Assembly (NCBI GenBank): GCA_030265395.1
Contig: JARFYF010000094.1
Coordinates: forward strand, 20,021,526 to 20,085,525
Direction: 5' to 3'
DNA length: 64,000 nucleotides
Source: Rhina ancylostomus
Lineage: Eukaryota
The translations under genes and the position numbers were made by a program. The notes under the pieces are model-generated. The model was not told where the DNA came from. It saw only the letters and a list, made by a program, of their open reading frames with translations, and did not search any database. Within the stretch, counting starts at the first letter, position 1. Each line of letters opens with the position of its first letter. Shown here in pieces: positions 26,580-39,799 of the stretch.

Positions 26580-27145
26580 TTGTTCCACAAACAGCACTAA
26601 GATAAATAGCCAGATAAAGTGTCTTAGCGATGATGGTGGAGGGATAATTATTGACCAAATCATGATAGGACACTATCTGTCTTTGAGTATTTTAGAATGA
26701 GGCCATTCACCCACTGGGTGTCTACCAGCATCAGGGCAGCAACTCCATTTCTCCCATTCTCTCTCTCTTTATTTTCCATACCTCTGCAACTCATGTTTTT
26801 CCACACATTGTCATCAACTTTCCCTTGATTCCTTTAATTTTTTACCTACACTCGGAGGTAATATTTATATGGTAACCAATTAACCTACCAGCATGTCTTT
26901 GGAATATGGTTGAGAAGCAGACCACCTGGAGGAAGCCCACATAGCCATGGATGCTCTAACTCCTGCATTATCGCCCACTCTTAGAGCAATGGGATATTTT
27001 ACCTCCTCGGAATTATAACACCTTTACAGGTTCCTCAAACTCTCAGTACTGTGTTGAAGTATTAACCTAAATTGTGTGTTAAACTTCTAGAGTGGAGCTT
27101 GATCCTTCAACTTCCTGATGAAGAGGGATAATTCCACATTGAGGT
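26580..27145 (-). mobile_element. Deu-domain (SacSINE/AmnSINE-like) SINE remnant split by an HE1-like SINE
   Basis: ccacaaacagca...gatggtggagggataattattgacca (26580-26690) and gcaatgggatattttac...ctcagtactg...gagtggagcttgatcc (26985-27140) resemble consecutive parts of recalled Deu-SINE consensus. Confidence 0.5.
26699..26977 (-). mobile_element. HE1-like SINE (internally deleted)
   Basis: gaggccattcaccc tail and ccaattaacctaccagcatgtctttggaa...ccacctggaggaagcccac V domain. Confidence 0.7.
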
Positions 27146-29071
27146 ATACTTGACACAGAAGGGTTCTACCTGTGAATTCTATATTTTTAATAACTAAATG
27201 GCAGGAAGATTAATACAACAGAGGTCAGTTTTAACATTGACAAAGGAATTGGCAAATCCCAGTGATCAAGACTTTTATTTCATTTATCTTGCCTGTTAAA
27301 CTGCATTTTTGGCTAATAGTCCCTTATAATAATTCTTATATAGTGAAAGCCAGAATATCACATGCTGTAGTTAACTTCAGAATGCACATTTCAGTCAATC
27401 TTTGTTGGAAACAGTTGCTGGCAGCCTGCAATAATTCTTTTACTTTTTATGTCCAATCCCTCTCCCCTGTCATGAAGTGATTCAGTCTAACAGTTTCACT
27501 TGTGTTGGCAGTCCTTTAGTATCATCCTTCATGTATAAATCTATGTAGCAAAGTCCATTGGACTATTTGATCACCAGATCAGGCCAAAATGATCCTTTAT
27601 TTGTCTATTTGTCTCTTTGTCTATTTGTTAATTTGTCTCCAAGGGTATATTTGATAGAGTTATTTGATTGTGATTATAGATGGAAACATTGGCAGTTATT
27701 TTCCTCCTTTTCCCTGAATAGGGACAATAATGCCAAGTATTCTCCTAAATCCCTTCAACTCAGATTCATCAGTCAATGTAGATCAAAAATTGTCCTGAAA
27801 TTCTGCTTTGAATGACTTGTTACCACCACTATTTTTTCAATATTGGAGGTTAAATAGCTCTCTAGTACAGGATGAACTTTTCATGGCATTCCTCAAATAA
27901 ATATCTTCCTGGCTTTCTTATGACAAGCTACCAAAGTGCATTTTAGGAAATAAATTACCATCCATGGAGAGAGCACGTCAAAAAGATTAACAAATTAAGA
28001 AGGTGCTGAGGTATTAGGGCAGACCCATAAGATTTATGATTTGGAAGGTTTATCCTCTCCTTGTAACCTTATGTGCAACTGGAAGCTCTGCTGGCTGAAA
28101 AAGCAAGGCATTCTCTCCCAGACAGCACACTTCCATGAACTTTCCTAAACACATTTTAAGCATTAAAGGAAAGATAGAAGCACTAACAGATGAGAATACA
28201 AATTTATGTGGAAGTGGAAGAAATGATCAACCTGGTGACAGCTATTTTTTCTACCCGCAAACACATAGATTCACTTACATGATGATAGTTTAATATTTTG
28301 TTTAAATACAGCACTTGTAACCAATATGTAAACTTACTGCCATAAAATTTGATAGTATTGTGTGATGCCTTAAAGATTCTTGCTCTAGTTGTCCCAATCA
28401 ATGAATAATTTTAAATGTGTTTCTATTCACTGAAGTCAACATTTAAGATTAAATTCTACGGATGATTTTTCCAGAGTTAATTTTTTACTTCAGGCATGTC
28501 TTACTTTTTTTTCAGGAACATTTCTTCTGAGATTTATTCCCAAGGTTTCTCACCCTCTGACTTATTCTCATAGATATCTGATTTCCAAAATTTATCCTTC
28601 CAAATGTAATNNNNNNNNNNTGTAATCAGATTGGCTTCTGGCTGCTGCTGATCTGATTTCCAGCTAAAGAGATCTGCACAGTTTCCGCTGTGCTCATCAT
28701 TTGCACAACACTTTCCTCTTGTATGTTTTGGGGTGGAATTTAATTGGACTCTGTTTAGGAGTCTGGCCAGGTACTATGTAGGAAATGCTTACTCCATCAG
28801 GTGGCTTATTGGAAGACTTAAGTTAGGCCATAAGTCTCTTTGATATTTATACCAGCTTCTACCTCATGTCACAAAACTCATGTATTGAAGGTGATGTATA
28901 TTGCCATGTCTCACTNNNNNNNNNNNNNNNNNNNNNNNNNNNNNNNNNNNNNNNNNNNNNNNNNNNNNNNNNNNNNNNNNNNNNNNNNNNNNNNNNNNNN
29001 NNNNNNNNNNNNNNNAGGTGATGTATATTGCCATGTCTCACTGCTAATGGTTACATTTCAGGTTAAGGAGT

Positions 29072-29259
29072 AACCCACCCTGCCTCCCTTCTTTTTTCCA
29101 CCTATCACTGCTCTGCTTTTCCCTCCTATATATCGAGCTTCCCCTTTTCCAATCTTCAGTCCTGAAGAAGGGTCCTGACCCGAATCATTGACTGCCTGCT
29201 TTTCTCCACAGATGCTGCCTGGCCTGCTGAGTTCTTCCAGCATCATCGTGTTTTTCATC
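29072..29259 (+). mobile_element. Penelope-like terminal repeat (pLTR) fragment
   Basis: Pyrimidine-rich stretch, hammerhead-like motif, then ctccacagatgctgcctggcctgctgagttcttccagcatcatcgtgtttttcatc, near-identical to the reverse complement of 56501-56557. Confidence 0.8.
29157..29194 (+). ncRNA. Decayed minimal type I hammerhead ribozyme motif
   Basis: CAGTC-CTGAAGA-A-GGGTC ct GACCC-GAAT-CA-TT-GACTG: stem I (CAGTC/GACTG), CUGANGA box and stem II are intact; the GAAA box and the minimal stem III/cleavage triplet are mutated. Confidence 0.6.
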
Positions 29260-29379
29260 ACTCTGACAATGTTGAGGAAGCTTATCATTATTCTTAGCTC
29301 CACTTAAAACAAAACTTACTTCTTGTTATTGCCTGCAGGAGTCACTAAAGAATCCCAAGCAGAGAAGGCCCAGAAGCAA

Positions 29380-29500
29380 TTAATGGTAGATATTGGAAAC
29401 CTGAAATTAAAAAAATGGAGAAAATATTCAGCATGCTTAGGTATCATCCATGGAGAGAGAAACAATGTTAACATTTCAGGCTGATGACCTTCCATTAGAG
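29380..29500 (-). mobile_element. Older Penelope-like pLTR tail
   Basis: agatattggaaacctgaaatt...attcagc...catccatggagagagaaacaatgttaacatttcagg resembles the reverse complement of the pLTR tail. Confidence 0.5.
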
Positions 29501-30284
29501 AAGGTCCAGTGTCTACGATGTTAATCAGAAACACATTCTCCAGAGGAATGCTCATATAGAAGATAGGCTAGTAGTACACAGAAACCCTGATAAAATAAAC
29601 TATTGAAGACTAATCACTATTCCTTTTACCTCCTGCAGCTCTCTCAGATTCAATCTTACTAATTTTTGTTTAGAATACCTCTTTGGATCAACTTCCTCTG
29701 ACACTACTATTTAAGTTCAACTCTCTTTAATGTTTTTTATTTTCCTCCTCTTACTTCGTAATGGTCTTTTGTCCTTTTCCTGCTTTTCTACTTATCATTC
29801 CAGTTTTTACTCTTTGTTCTTGCTTCCTTCCCATTTATCTTCATAAATTCCTATAATTATGTATCTTGCTATTCCAACAAACTTCTTTTTTTCCTGTCTT
29901 CACCTCTCATCTAACTTCCTTGTTCATTCACCCAAGTCTTGTTAGTTAACTTACCAACTCTTTTCCCAGTTGCAAAGATAAAGGTCTGATTTTCCTGAGA
30001 AATGCCACAGTTCCTTGCAGAAATACCAGCATTTCCCTCCACAGCAGTCAGTAAACTTATGCCCCCCGCTCAAATGTGTGCAAATGAGCTGAATGCTGCT
30101 GATTTGCTGATTGTGGTTTGACTCATAGAGTGCAGCATTGGAGCCCCAACTTCCTGCAGTTTCCCAGCAGTATACAGGGATATTTGCCATTGTATTACAA
30201 TGGTGTTTTTTTTTGGCTGTAAACATATTTGGGCTATCCCGAAGGCATGAAAGTTCCTACATAAATATAAGGCATTCTTCCTTT

Positions 30285-30470
30285 ATGAGTCACATTTCAA
30301 CAGCACTACCTAAGCCCATAACCTGTACCAGCTAGAAGGACAAGTACACAAGACATTTAGAAATGCTATCATCATGGAGTGCTGCTCCAAGTCACATAAT
30401 GTCCTGCTTTATGGCACATACACAAGTGGCTACATCTGGAACTTGAAAAATGATGGCTAGGACCATTCTA
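30285..30470 (+). mobile_element. Decayed LINE 3' fragment (CR1/L2 group)
   Basis: ttcaacagcactacctaagccc...ctagaaggacaag...ctccaagtcaca resembles a common elasmobranch LINE 3' region (from recall only). Confidence 0.4.
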
Positions 30471-33019
30471 ATTAGAACATTTTGTATTATTCACAAGTGG
30501 CTCTTACAAATTGCTTCTAGCATTTAGGTGTGTTCAATGACCATTTACAAGAGTCAATGAATGATTTACATTGGAAGGACAATGAAGATAATTGGAGAGA
30601 ACAATCTGAGCAGTATGAGCATCAATCAGGATTTTATGATGTTTAAAAAGTAAAATAAATGTTCACAGGTGGATATTGTATTCAGTAAAGAAATAAATTA
30701 ACTTTGGTACTGATGGAACATGGTAAAATCATCAGTTCTGAAAGTTTTTTAGGTAATAATTTGTTTGGAAAATCATATTAATGCATTCAAATTACCTTAT
30801 TGTTTCATATTGCAGTAGGCTTTATTTCTCTTGTCTGTTTTTAAGGGTAAAGTCCTTTGCAGAATGTGAATCAACTGATTACAATTCTAGCCCTTTAAGC
30901 TGAAGTGTAACTATTATCAAAATACTTAATTAGTCCATAGTGGGCGCAAGCAAAGATTAACTATATCATTGAAGCAGTCAGTTAGATGAAAACATAAATA
31001 AATAATGAGATAAGCTGAGTAAACAAAAAAAAAGAACATTTCCTCAGGTTGTGTCATTTATGTAAAATATTTTGAGGCCCTTCTGAGTTTACTTAAAAAG
31101 TGTATTGATGGAATATATACAGATGATATATTTTTGCCAAAGTATTTATTTAGTAATTTTAGACTAGTGGTGCATAACCAATTCAAAACCCTTCTGAATC
31201 CATTCATGCAAATGCAGGAGCCTTAAACTTCTTAAAATGCCCTCACAGCTGTTACTCTGTGTTCAATTCTTGGACTCTGTAACAGTTCAGAAATGGAATG
31301 GCAAATTTCTTAAGTTTCCCAGCAGCTACAGTGGGATTCTTAAGTGCTGAAGCTGTGACAGGTTAGATCTAGGGCAGGTTTAGTGATTCCATTTATCTCA
31401 TTGAAGAACAGTTCTGAGGGAGATAAGTACATTTCAAATCACTTAATTTCTTTTTGAATTAGTTTAAATAACTTAAATCCATTTAAATACATCCAACTTC
31501 TTAATTATCCTGCAGTGCTTTAACTGATCTAATTTTATATTATAATTTGTTCTTTAAATTATTTTAAAACATTTTAGTAGCAATATTTTAATAGTTTTAT
31601 TATTTTTGAATGCTTGCAAATATCAGCTACATTCATAGCCATTTGAAGTTTTTTGACATTTTTGGTAGCCAGTAAGTTTGGGTCAAGTTGGGTTGGTTTG
31701 AGTTAAGTGTGGGTGGGAAGAAGGGGGATATTAAAGGCTGGCAGTGTTGTTCATGTGGTTTATGTGGCTGCAAAGTTGCACAGGTTCTTGCTGGTCAGGA
31801 ACTAGCTTCAGGGATCTGACTGGTATGATGGTGTTCTCTTTGTCAGAAAGCTCTATCAGAAGTAAAGTTCCACAAGGTTCTTTCTGGAGAGGCAGGAACA
31901 GCAAGAGCCCTGGGTCTTTCAATTGTGTAGAAGTAATTTGCCTTCCATACAATGAGACCAAGCACTCTCGATCCTTGGGAAGTGCCAATGGCTCTGAACA
32001 GTTGAGCACCCAAAGGAGCGAAGTGGAAATTTTGGATGAAGAAAGCATCCCTTAAAGGCAGATGACCTAATTCCTTACACATCAGCAGCAAACATGTTGG
32101 AATCTCACCATCCATTTGCTCCAGGTATAGGAGAAAGGAACATGGGTGATTCACAAATCAATGGGAAAGATATGATAATGGAATAGTCATATATAATTGT
32201 AGCAATAGAGCTAATATTACCACAGAGGTAGAATAAATTATTATGCTATATGTTCCATTGAAACTTTAAAGAACCTAGGGTACTAAAGGACATTTGTTAT
32301 CAGTAGAACTGTATAATATTGTGTGTAGTAATTTAGAACAGAGCTCAGAAAAGTAGCACTCATCATTGGTTAGACAGGACTCTGTTTTGGTTCATCTCCC
32401 CTGTTTCCTGTTTAACTAAGTCAGTTTTGACTCTGTAGGAGCAAGGCAGCCTCTAAACTGCACTGAACTACACTGATAATAATTGTGGTCATGAATTACT
32501 GAGAAAGGTTAAATGTTCAAAAACACTTATTACATTGCTGATAAGCAGTAGCACTTCAAATATGACCGACTAGCTGGGAAAAGGAAACAAGTGCTTTGTT
32601 TTCTCCTTTTTAAAAAAAGGGGGTGGCTTAGAGAGTCTATCTTGTAGGGCAATTTTTATGCACACTGCACAATATCATTAAAGAAGATCATGGACAAATG
32701 AAGCAGGTCCCTGGCCACGCAATCCAGTGCTATGAACCCACCCCATGTGTATTTACTGACCAATGCAAGCCTGCCCTTCAGGCCCAAGACAATCCTTGAA
32801 ATCCTTACCCCACATCCACCTCAACCAAAGCCTTGACTCTCCCACCCAGTAACCTGCAGGCAGGACATAAGGTCTGTTTTCTTCATCTGCTTTGAGAGTA
32901 CAAAGAAACGGCCTTTCACATATTGATTGTCTCTCACTTACCAATTGTGTCCTCATACTTCCAATTTAACCTGCACTACCAGAAACTAGGGAACTTCTGG
33001 GCCTAGCAGCCAGGAATGA

Positions 33020-33080
33020 AAACATAGAACATAGAAAAACTACAGCACAATTCAGGCCCTTCGGCCCACAAAGCTGTGCC
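33020..33080 (-). mobile_element. Extremely 5'-truncated young CR1 insertion (3' tail only)
   Basis: (aacatag)2 microsatellite tail followed by tacagcacaattcaggcccttcggcccacaaagctgtgcc. Confidence 0.75.
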
Positions 33081-36000
33081 AAAAACATTTAGTGGTGATC
33101 AGTAAAACTAATCAGAAATGGTTATTCTCACTTTTTGTGGTCTTGAAGATAAAAAGCGTGGGCTGAATCTTGCTGACCAATAGCCAGAAGTTTGTTAGAG
33201 AATTTCAGACTATCAATGGCTAATGCCTCAGCAAGTCTCAGACGAGCACAGCCAGACATAGGAGTCTGAGACATGCTCAGCGTTGAGTGCTGAAACATCT
33301 GTTCTGCTCCATTAAGCCTAACAGGGACCTGCTGAGGAAGGGATCAGGATACACTTCACATCTGGTCCCTCAGAGTTATGTCAGAGGGGCTGATGTGTGA
33401 ATGGCAATCCAATTTATTTGAATAAGGTCACGAGCCCTTTGGAGAAAGGTAACTGTTTGACATTTAACTTAATTTTAATATTTTTAACTACTTGTTAGTG
33501 TTTTAATGTGTTTTTGTTAATTCATTTTTAAACTTGTAATCTTTTTTAAATTATTTAAATACATTTAAATAGTTGTTAAATATCTTTGACTATGAGACAC
33601 ATCTAAGAGTAGTTCAATGGTCTTTTTCAGCCAATGAGTTGTCAAAAGCTATTAGGTCATTTAGAGTCCAGGCCTCAGGACAGGTTGCCTGAGGTCTAGT
33701 CACCATTTGGAGATGTCCCTGCTTCACTGCACATTTCTCAGCAACAGTGGGGGGAGGAGGTGTCAGGTTGGCCAGCTCTCCACATTTAGAAAAAGTAAGT
33801 GCAGGAGGACAGGGACTGCAGAGAGCAAATCTAGGAATGGGTCAGCTCCAGGATAGTCCAGCAAATGCAGGTAGATGGGGTCCAGAGGTAGTGAGGCTGG
33901 ACAACAGGCCAGGCCCAGGATAATGTCACCCAGCATGTTTCAGTCTACACAAATTACAGTAATATTGATTGTAATATTTAAATGTGATATTCATTCTGGC
34001 AGTGGGCAGTTATGGTCTGTCACATCACAACATTGCCTGTGGTTACAGAACTTTATTTAAGTTTACAAGTTAGCTGTCCACAAAATTTAGTAGATATTTA
34101 GCTGTCAAATTATTGATCTGTGATTGTTTTAAAGCTTATACTCACTTCATTTTTGTAAATTTCTGTAAATCATTGGTACTAAGGTACAGAAGATCTAGAA
34201 GACAGATTCTTCATTCCACGGGTCATTGTCACAGATCAGCCAGACACAGAGGGAAGCTGGTGCTTGAAGCTTAAAGTGCAGTGGGTGCAGTGAAACTGAG
34301 AGTTAACAAAGGGTACACTGGCTGCTGTTCAACAGTTCAGGCAAGAACCATGGCCAGTGCTGTACTAGGATGTTGTACCACTAGCAGGCGATACAAGTCT
34401 GTTATCAATGTCCTAATGGCTGGCACATCTGCAGCCGAATTTGAGAGGACAAGTCACATCTCTTTGTTGCAAAGAATACTGCAGTAGTATGGTATCCAAG
34501 AATAAGGACAACCCGCTCTGCATATTCCTAATTGGTTTCAGAGGAGCCTATAAAATCTGCACTATGGAGAAATATAGGAATTCATCAACAACACTAGAAT
34601 CGCTGATACAGTAGCAATCAGAAAGCTGCCTAGCTTTTGTCCATGAAGTGACAACATGTAAAATGGTGTATGTATCCTGTTCTCACTTCAGTTAGAATAG
34701 GAGACAGAGTCTGTGTTACAGGTGCAGTGAGAAACAAGAAATGGATGTGTTGCAGTACAGGCAATTTAAATAGATGAAAATATGTTCATGCTAAATAAAC
34801 AGATTCATACATGAACATCATGACTGACCAGACTTTATATTTCCCTTTGTCTAGTTTCTTAGTTCAGCAGTCCACTTCCAGACCACACTTTGGGCAAATT
34901 TCCAATATTACTGCTATGAGAATGTCAAAAGGGCATTTTAAATGGGATGAGCTAGGCTGTCCAAGTGTATAACATAGACCTGTCTGTGCTGCATATACAA
35001 ACAAATGACTCAGTCTCATGGAGACCCCAATAAATGTTATGAATTATTAACACAATTCATACGTAAACTGCTTTTAGAATTAGAGTCTGGAAGTGACCAT
35101 ATTAAACACACTAAGGCCCCAGTGTTTCAAGTGATTAAAGTGATTATGTAAGCGTTTGTAATTAAATATTCATGTGTTTATACTTTGAACAGTTCTAGTA
35201 CTTTTAGTAGTTCTTCAGTTTTTCATCAGATGTGGAGAGACTTATGGACCACATATCACAGGTCATGCACCATGCTTGGCAAACATCAAAAGCCTGTGCT
35301 CACTCCTTAGAAAATCAATTGTTTTCCCGAAGGAAACAAGCATGTGGTTATGTACTGCTGGTTTAAATTGACAAAAAACAAATGAAAACTGTTCCAGAAC
35401 GGACAGTGGTGCAAGCTGACCTCAATCTTCAGAGCTGCGCATGCCAGTGATCACAGGGTTTATATGTAAATGAAAGCATGGTTTATGTTTAAGCTATTCT
35501 AAGTCTGATAGAAAAGCCTTTGTAATTTGATTTTTTGAGATCCAATTAAGTTACTGAGGTACCCCATTATTTCTGTGCAGTCCAGCTTAAAAAGAAATTG
35601 TTGCACCCTGTCACAAAATATCACTTGGGTGAAAAGAAAAACCACAAGCATTAATATTGTTAGTGGTGCATGAAGTGTAATAGTTAACAAATATCACAAA
35701 AGACACAGCAAAACCCTATGTATACTAACAAATGTAACATTTCTGTCCCAGTTCATAGATATTCATCCATCTATTTCCACTTTTTTAAAAAGAAATCATT
35801 AGTTGGGAAAATCCTTTTACAGTTTTACAACAGCAAGTGCAGATTGCAAACTTCCTCCCAACGCAGGCAATCAATGACTGAAGTCTGCTACATACAACAT
35901 AAACCTGAGCATGAATTTAATTACCTAATGCATGGCAACGAGAAGAAATATATATATAAGAACATAATCTTGATGCCTTTTTTTTAAACAAACATGCATA

Positions 36001-36529
36001 ATATGGTGCATCTTGCTGACAAAAGGACAATGAAGCCAAAGCTTGAATAGTGTTTGAAGATGGAATAACATACAGCGATAGTTGGTAACTAATGCAACCG
36101 TATGTTGGTTTCTTTCTTGATATGTATTTGAACTTTATGTTATAATGACAGATATGAGCATCTATGGAGGGAACAGCCAACATTTTGAGTTCATAGATGT
36201 CTGTAGAAATAAATAATAGGTATGATTCTGAAAAATCAATTGATCATTCTTTCTTCCAAAGCTGACTTACCCTCCATTCCCAGCTTCTTTCTTTTCTGAA
36301 TGGGTTGCATACAATGTACTGTGTTTAAGATATTAAATACATATTTTTGGTGGCGTTAACAGTAGTTTCCTTGATGATCTGCTTGTAATTCCAACCATTT
36401 TTGAAAATTACATGCATCAATTACTTAGGTAACTCCAAGTCTTTCAAAACATGGAATATTATGATAGTTGTGGCAAATGTTGTTATTCTTGATGCATATG
36501 AAAATTATTTTGCGGTAAAATGTTACAAT

Positions 36530-37320
36530 ATTTCTGATGGCAAGCTTGCTAATTGTGACAAAATTATGACCAGTATTGTGCAAGGCTGTTAGAAAGTACA
36601 TGGTCTTTGGTTGGAAAATTAGGTGGCAACTTAAGTTCAATGCGTTAAGATCCAATGTACCTGAAGTAACACATTTTGGGAATATGAATGATGTAAGAAG
36701 GGAAGAATGAAAAAGCTGAGGGAAACTGATGTGTTAATAAACAGGTTATTAAAGTGATAGTGACAGCCAATGAAGATAAAACATTTCATTGTGGCTTGAA
36801 GCATGGAACAACATGGAATGAGGAGAAAATGTTCATTTTATATGTGTCAGTAGTTTAAGTGCAGTATTTTGTGCAGTATATGCATTGCATTTTAGAGAGA
36901 ATGAAAGCAATAAAATCCTATAAAATACATTCATCCAGAAGTTGTCAGTAGAATTACAGTAATGAGGGAAGATTTGAGGAAAGCTTTCTCAGAGGGGGTA
37001 ATAATGTAGAGAGGCAATTTGATAGAGATGTTCAATGTTTTAAGGGACTGCAATAGGGTATGGTAAATAATATTAAGTGGTTAGATGGTGAAATTGTTTC
37101 ACTGGTCAGTGACATTGTAACACAAGGGCATAAATCTACGATAACCACAGAAACAATGAGAAAATAAAAAAAAGGATGCTAAGTATAAAAGACTAGGAAA
37201 TTTTCTACTGCACATTGAAGCAGAGTCTGTAAATTATCTTAAAAGGATAGTAATGACTATAAAGTAGAACATTAAAGGGTACGGGCACCAAACAGGAGAT
37301 GGAAGTTGATCCTTGAAGCA
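36530..37320 (+). mobile_element. Very old CR1 3' half
   Basis: Residual motifs in the expected order: tctgatggcaagctt (ADDTKL-like), cagtattttgtgcag (EYCVQ-like), ggcaatttgatagagatgttcaatgtttta (GDLIEVFKIL-like), acaagggcataa (TRGH). Confidence 0.5.
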
Positions 37321-37914
37321 AAACATTAATACAGAGTCCAGGAAATTGGAATTCTTAAAAATGCCTCCAAACCACCAGCACCTCTCAACTTGCATTTAAA
37401 AGTTAACTTTGCAATAAATCAGAAATGTAAATCTGGTTCTTTTATAAAAGCTCAAGATATTTATGGATCAGGAAAGCCATTCATTAAAAGCTTTAAATCT
37501 TTGATTTCTTTTGTTTCTGAAATCAACGCAAAACTTCCATTATTCTTCCTATAATTCTATAAGATTATTTATTCAGAGCCACCTGAAAAGGTTAAGTTTT
37601 TACTATCTTTCTTCATAACTCAGAAGTTTAACGTTCAACCGTGTCTGTTTCCTGGAATGCCCCTAATGCATGAATGTTTCCCTTATCTCTCCATGATCAG
37701 AACTGAAAAAAATACTTCAAGTTCAGCCTAATGATAGCACATGTCGGTTCTGTTTTTGGACCATTAAAACACCGTTGCTTGGTGCAGCCATGCTGAATCA
37801 TCTCAATTTATTGGGATCAAAGTTTTAGATCACCATCTCAATGCAACAACACAATTGAATATTTTTATTGCTCTTGGCAGCATGTCTACATTAGTAGGGA
37901 AGCACAGGATCCCT

Positions 37915-38595
37915 ACATTGGAGCTAATGTGCACAGTTCATTAAATGTAGCCAGACAGATCAATGATGTGGTCAAAAGACATATGGAATGCTATCTTTTA
38001 TTAGCCAAGACATTTTATATTAAGGTAATGCTAAAATTGTACACAACAGTTAGGCTTCAGTTTGAGTACTGCATATAGTTCTGATCACCACATTAGAGGG
38101 AAGAGGTGATTACACAGCAGAGAGTGCAGAGGAATTTACAAAGATGTTGGGATTGGAAAATTGTAGCTATGAGGAAGGAATGGAAAAGTTAGGTTGCTTT
38201 CTTTGGAACAAAGGAGTCTGATGACAGACTTGATACTGGTATATAAAAGTATGAGAGGCCTAGATAGTGTTAATAGGGCAGGCTTGTATCCCTTAGCAAT
38301 GGGTCAATAAACAGAGACAACTGATTTAGGAGTTGTAGAATGATTAGAGGGGAGATGAGGGAAGTGTTTTTACCCAGAAGGTGGGAGTGGTCTGGATCTC
38401 ACTGCCCAAGAAAATGGTAAGAACAACAAACCCTCCTCACATTTAAATAATATCTTGAAGTGCACTTGAAGATTTGTGACCTGCAAGTTATAGACCCCAG
38501 TGCTGGAAGGTGGGATTAAGATGGAGTGCTCTCTTTTGAACAGAACAGGCAGGATGAGCTGAATAGCCTGTCATAAATTTTTGACTATTCTATCA
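37915..38595 (+). mobile_element. CR1 LINE 3' part
   Basis: VHSSLNV..Q...VVK, YGMLSFIS, FEYCI.F.SPH, ERVQR, YEEG.EKLG.FSLEQR, VYKSMRGLD motifs with stops and frameshifts, followed by CR1 3' UTR. Confidence 0.8.
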
Positions 38596-39799
38596 TTTCT
38601 GTTCTTTATCTAATAGATTGTACTGCCTATTTCTGCATTGGATAGTTTCCCTCAAAGGACCATGCATATAGCACAGTCAGGCCCTTCTTCTGTTAATTTT
38701 CATTACAAGCTATCCAGACACACATCCACAAAAGCCAAATCACTAAGCCAGGATCAGGAGGAAGAAGAAGTGGAGGAGGAAGAACATACTGTAACATTGC
38801 ATCTGACACAACTAAGCACCAGCCCAGACACTGGCACTATGAGAGCAGAAGAGAATTAGTTAATGAGAGAAATAACCTGACAGTAGTTGGCCGCAGTCAA
38901 GCAGGAGGCAAAGGATACCTAGTGCTTGGTCACCACATTACAGGGCAGATGTGATGTCACCACATTATTGCTTTTGGTACATGAAATATCAGTGAGCTTG
39001 AAGGATGCTATGAAGTCATTGAATCACATCAGCTAATAGATTCTCTGTTTCTTCATCATTGAAGGATGAAGCACAGTGTTAAAGGAATTGTGTGTAATAA
39101 ATATCCCTGATAATGTATTGAAGTAAAGATGCAACCATAGCCTCTTGATCACATGACCTCACAACATTCAGAGAAGATGAACAGTGTATGTAACTCACAC
39201 TGTCCCTGAAGTACGGATGCACAGTGAGGAGCGTGGTTTACTCAAAGGTGTCCACTCATTGCTGGGTATTTATGGATGANNNNNNNNNNTGAGGGAAATG
39301 AAATCTCAGCTTTAGTGGCCACTGCAGTTAAAGCAACCTGATGTGCAATGAGTGGCTCAATGTCACAATGGCTCAAGTCACCATCAGGCAGTTTCCCAGC
39401 ATCTTGTTCACACTTCTGCAATGATCACTTGTTATATCATCCCATTTGGTAGCAGATGCCTTTGGGGCCCTTGTTAGCTGCAGTTCAAGAAAAAGTAATC
39501 AAAGGCCTCCAACACTAATCTTGCCAGGGCTAGGAATAAAAGAATTTATCTTTTTAGTGCCCACTGCCTCTCCTCCTCAGATCCTGCAGTAGTATGGCTT
39601 GCTGACTGTCAGGTTCAACTTACCTGGGCCATCAAGTGAAGACCCTCGAAAATGAGATGGGAACTCTGCTGTCATCACCCCCATTGAATTAGGACCTTCA
39701 TTACAATCTTATTAGAACTTACTTAGAGGTACTCCTGCTGGGCTCTATCATTGTCTCCTCTGGTTTGTGACTGTTTTACAGTTGAAACCACAACACATT

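Noticed and set aside
33160-33860. MITE-like segment starting gggctgaatctt, similar in style to 31280-31700
   Set aside because: No matching right-hand TIR or TSD found by eye.
34230-34480. Possible Harbinger transposase N-terminal relic on the minus strand (ITDLYRLL...TLSFTAP)
   Set aside because: Similarity is too weak to support without a profile search.
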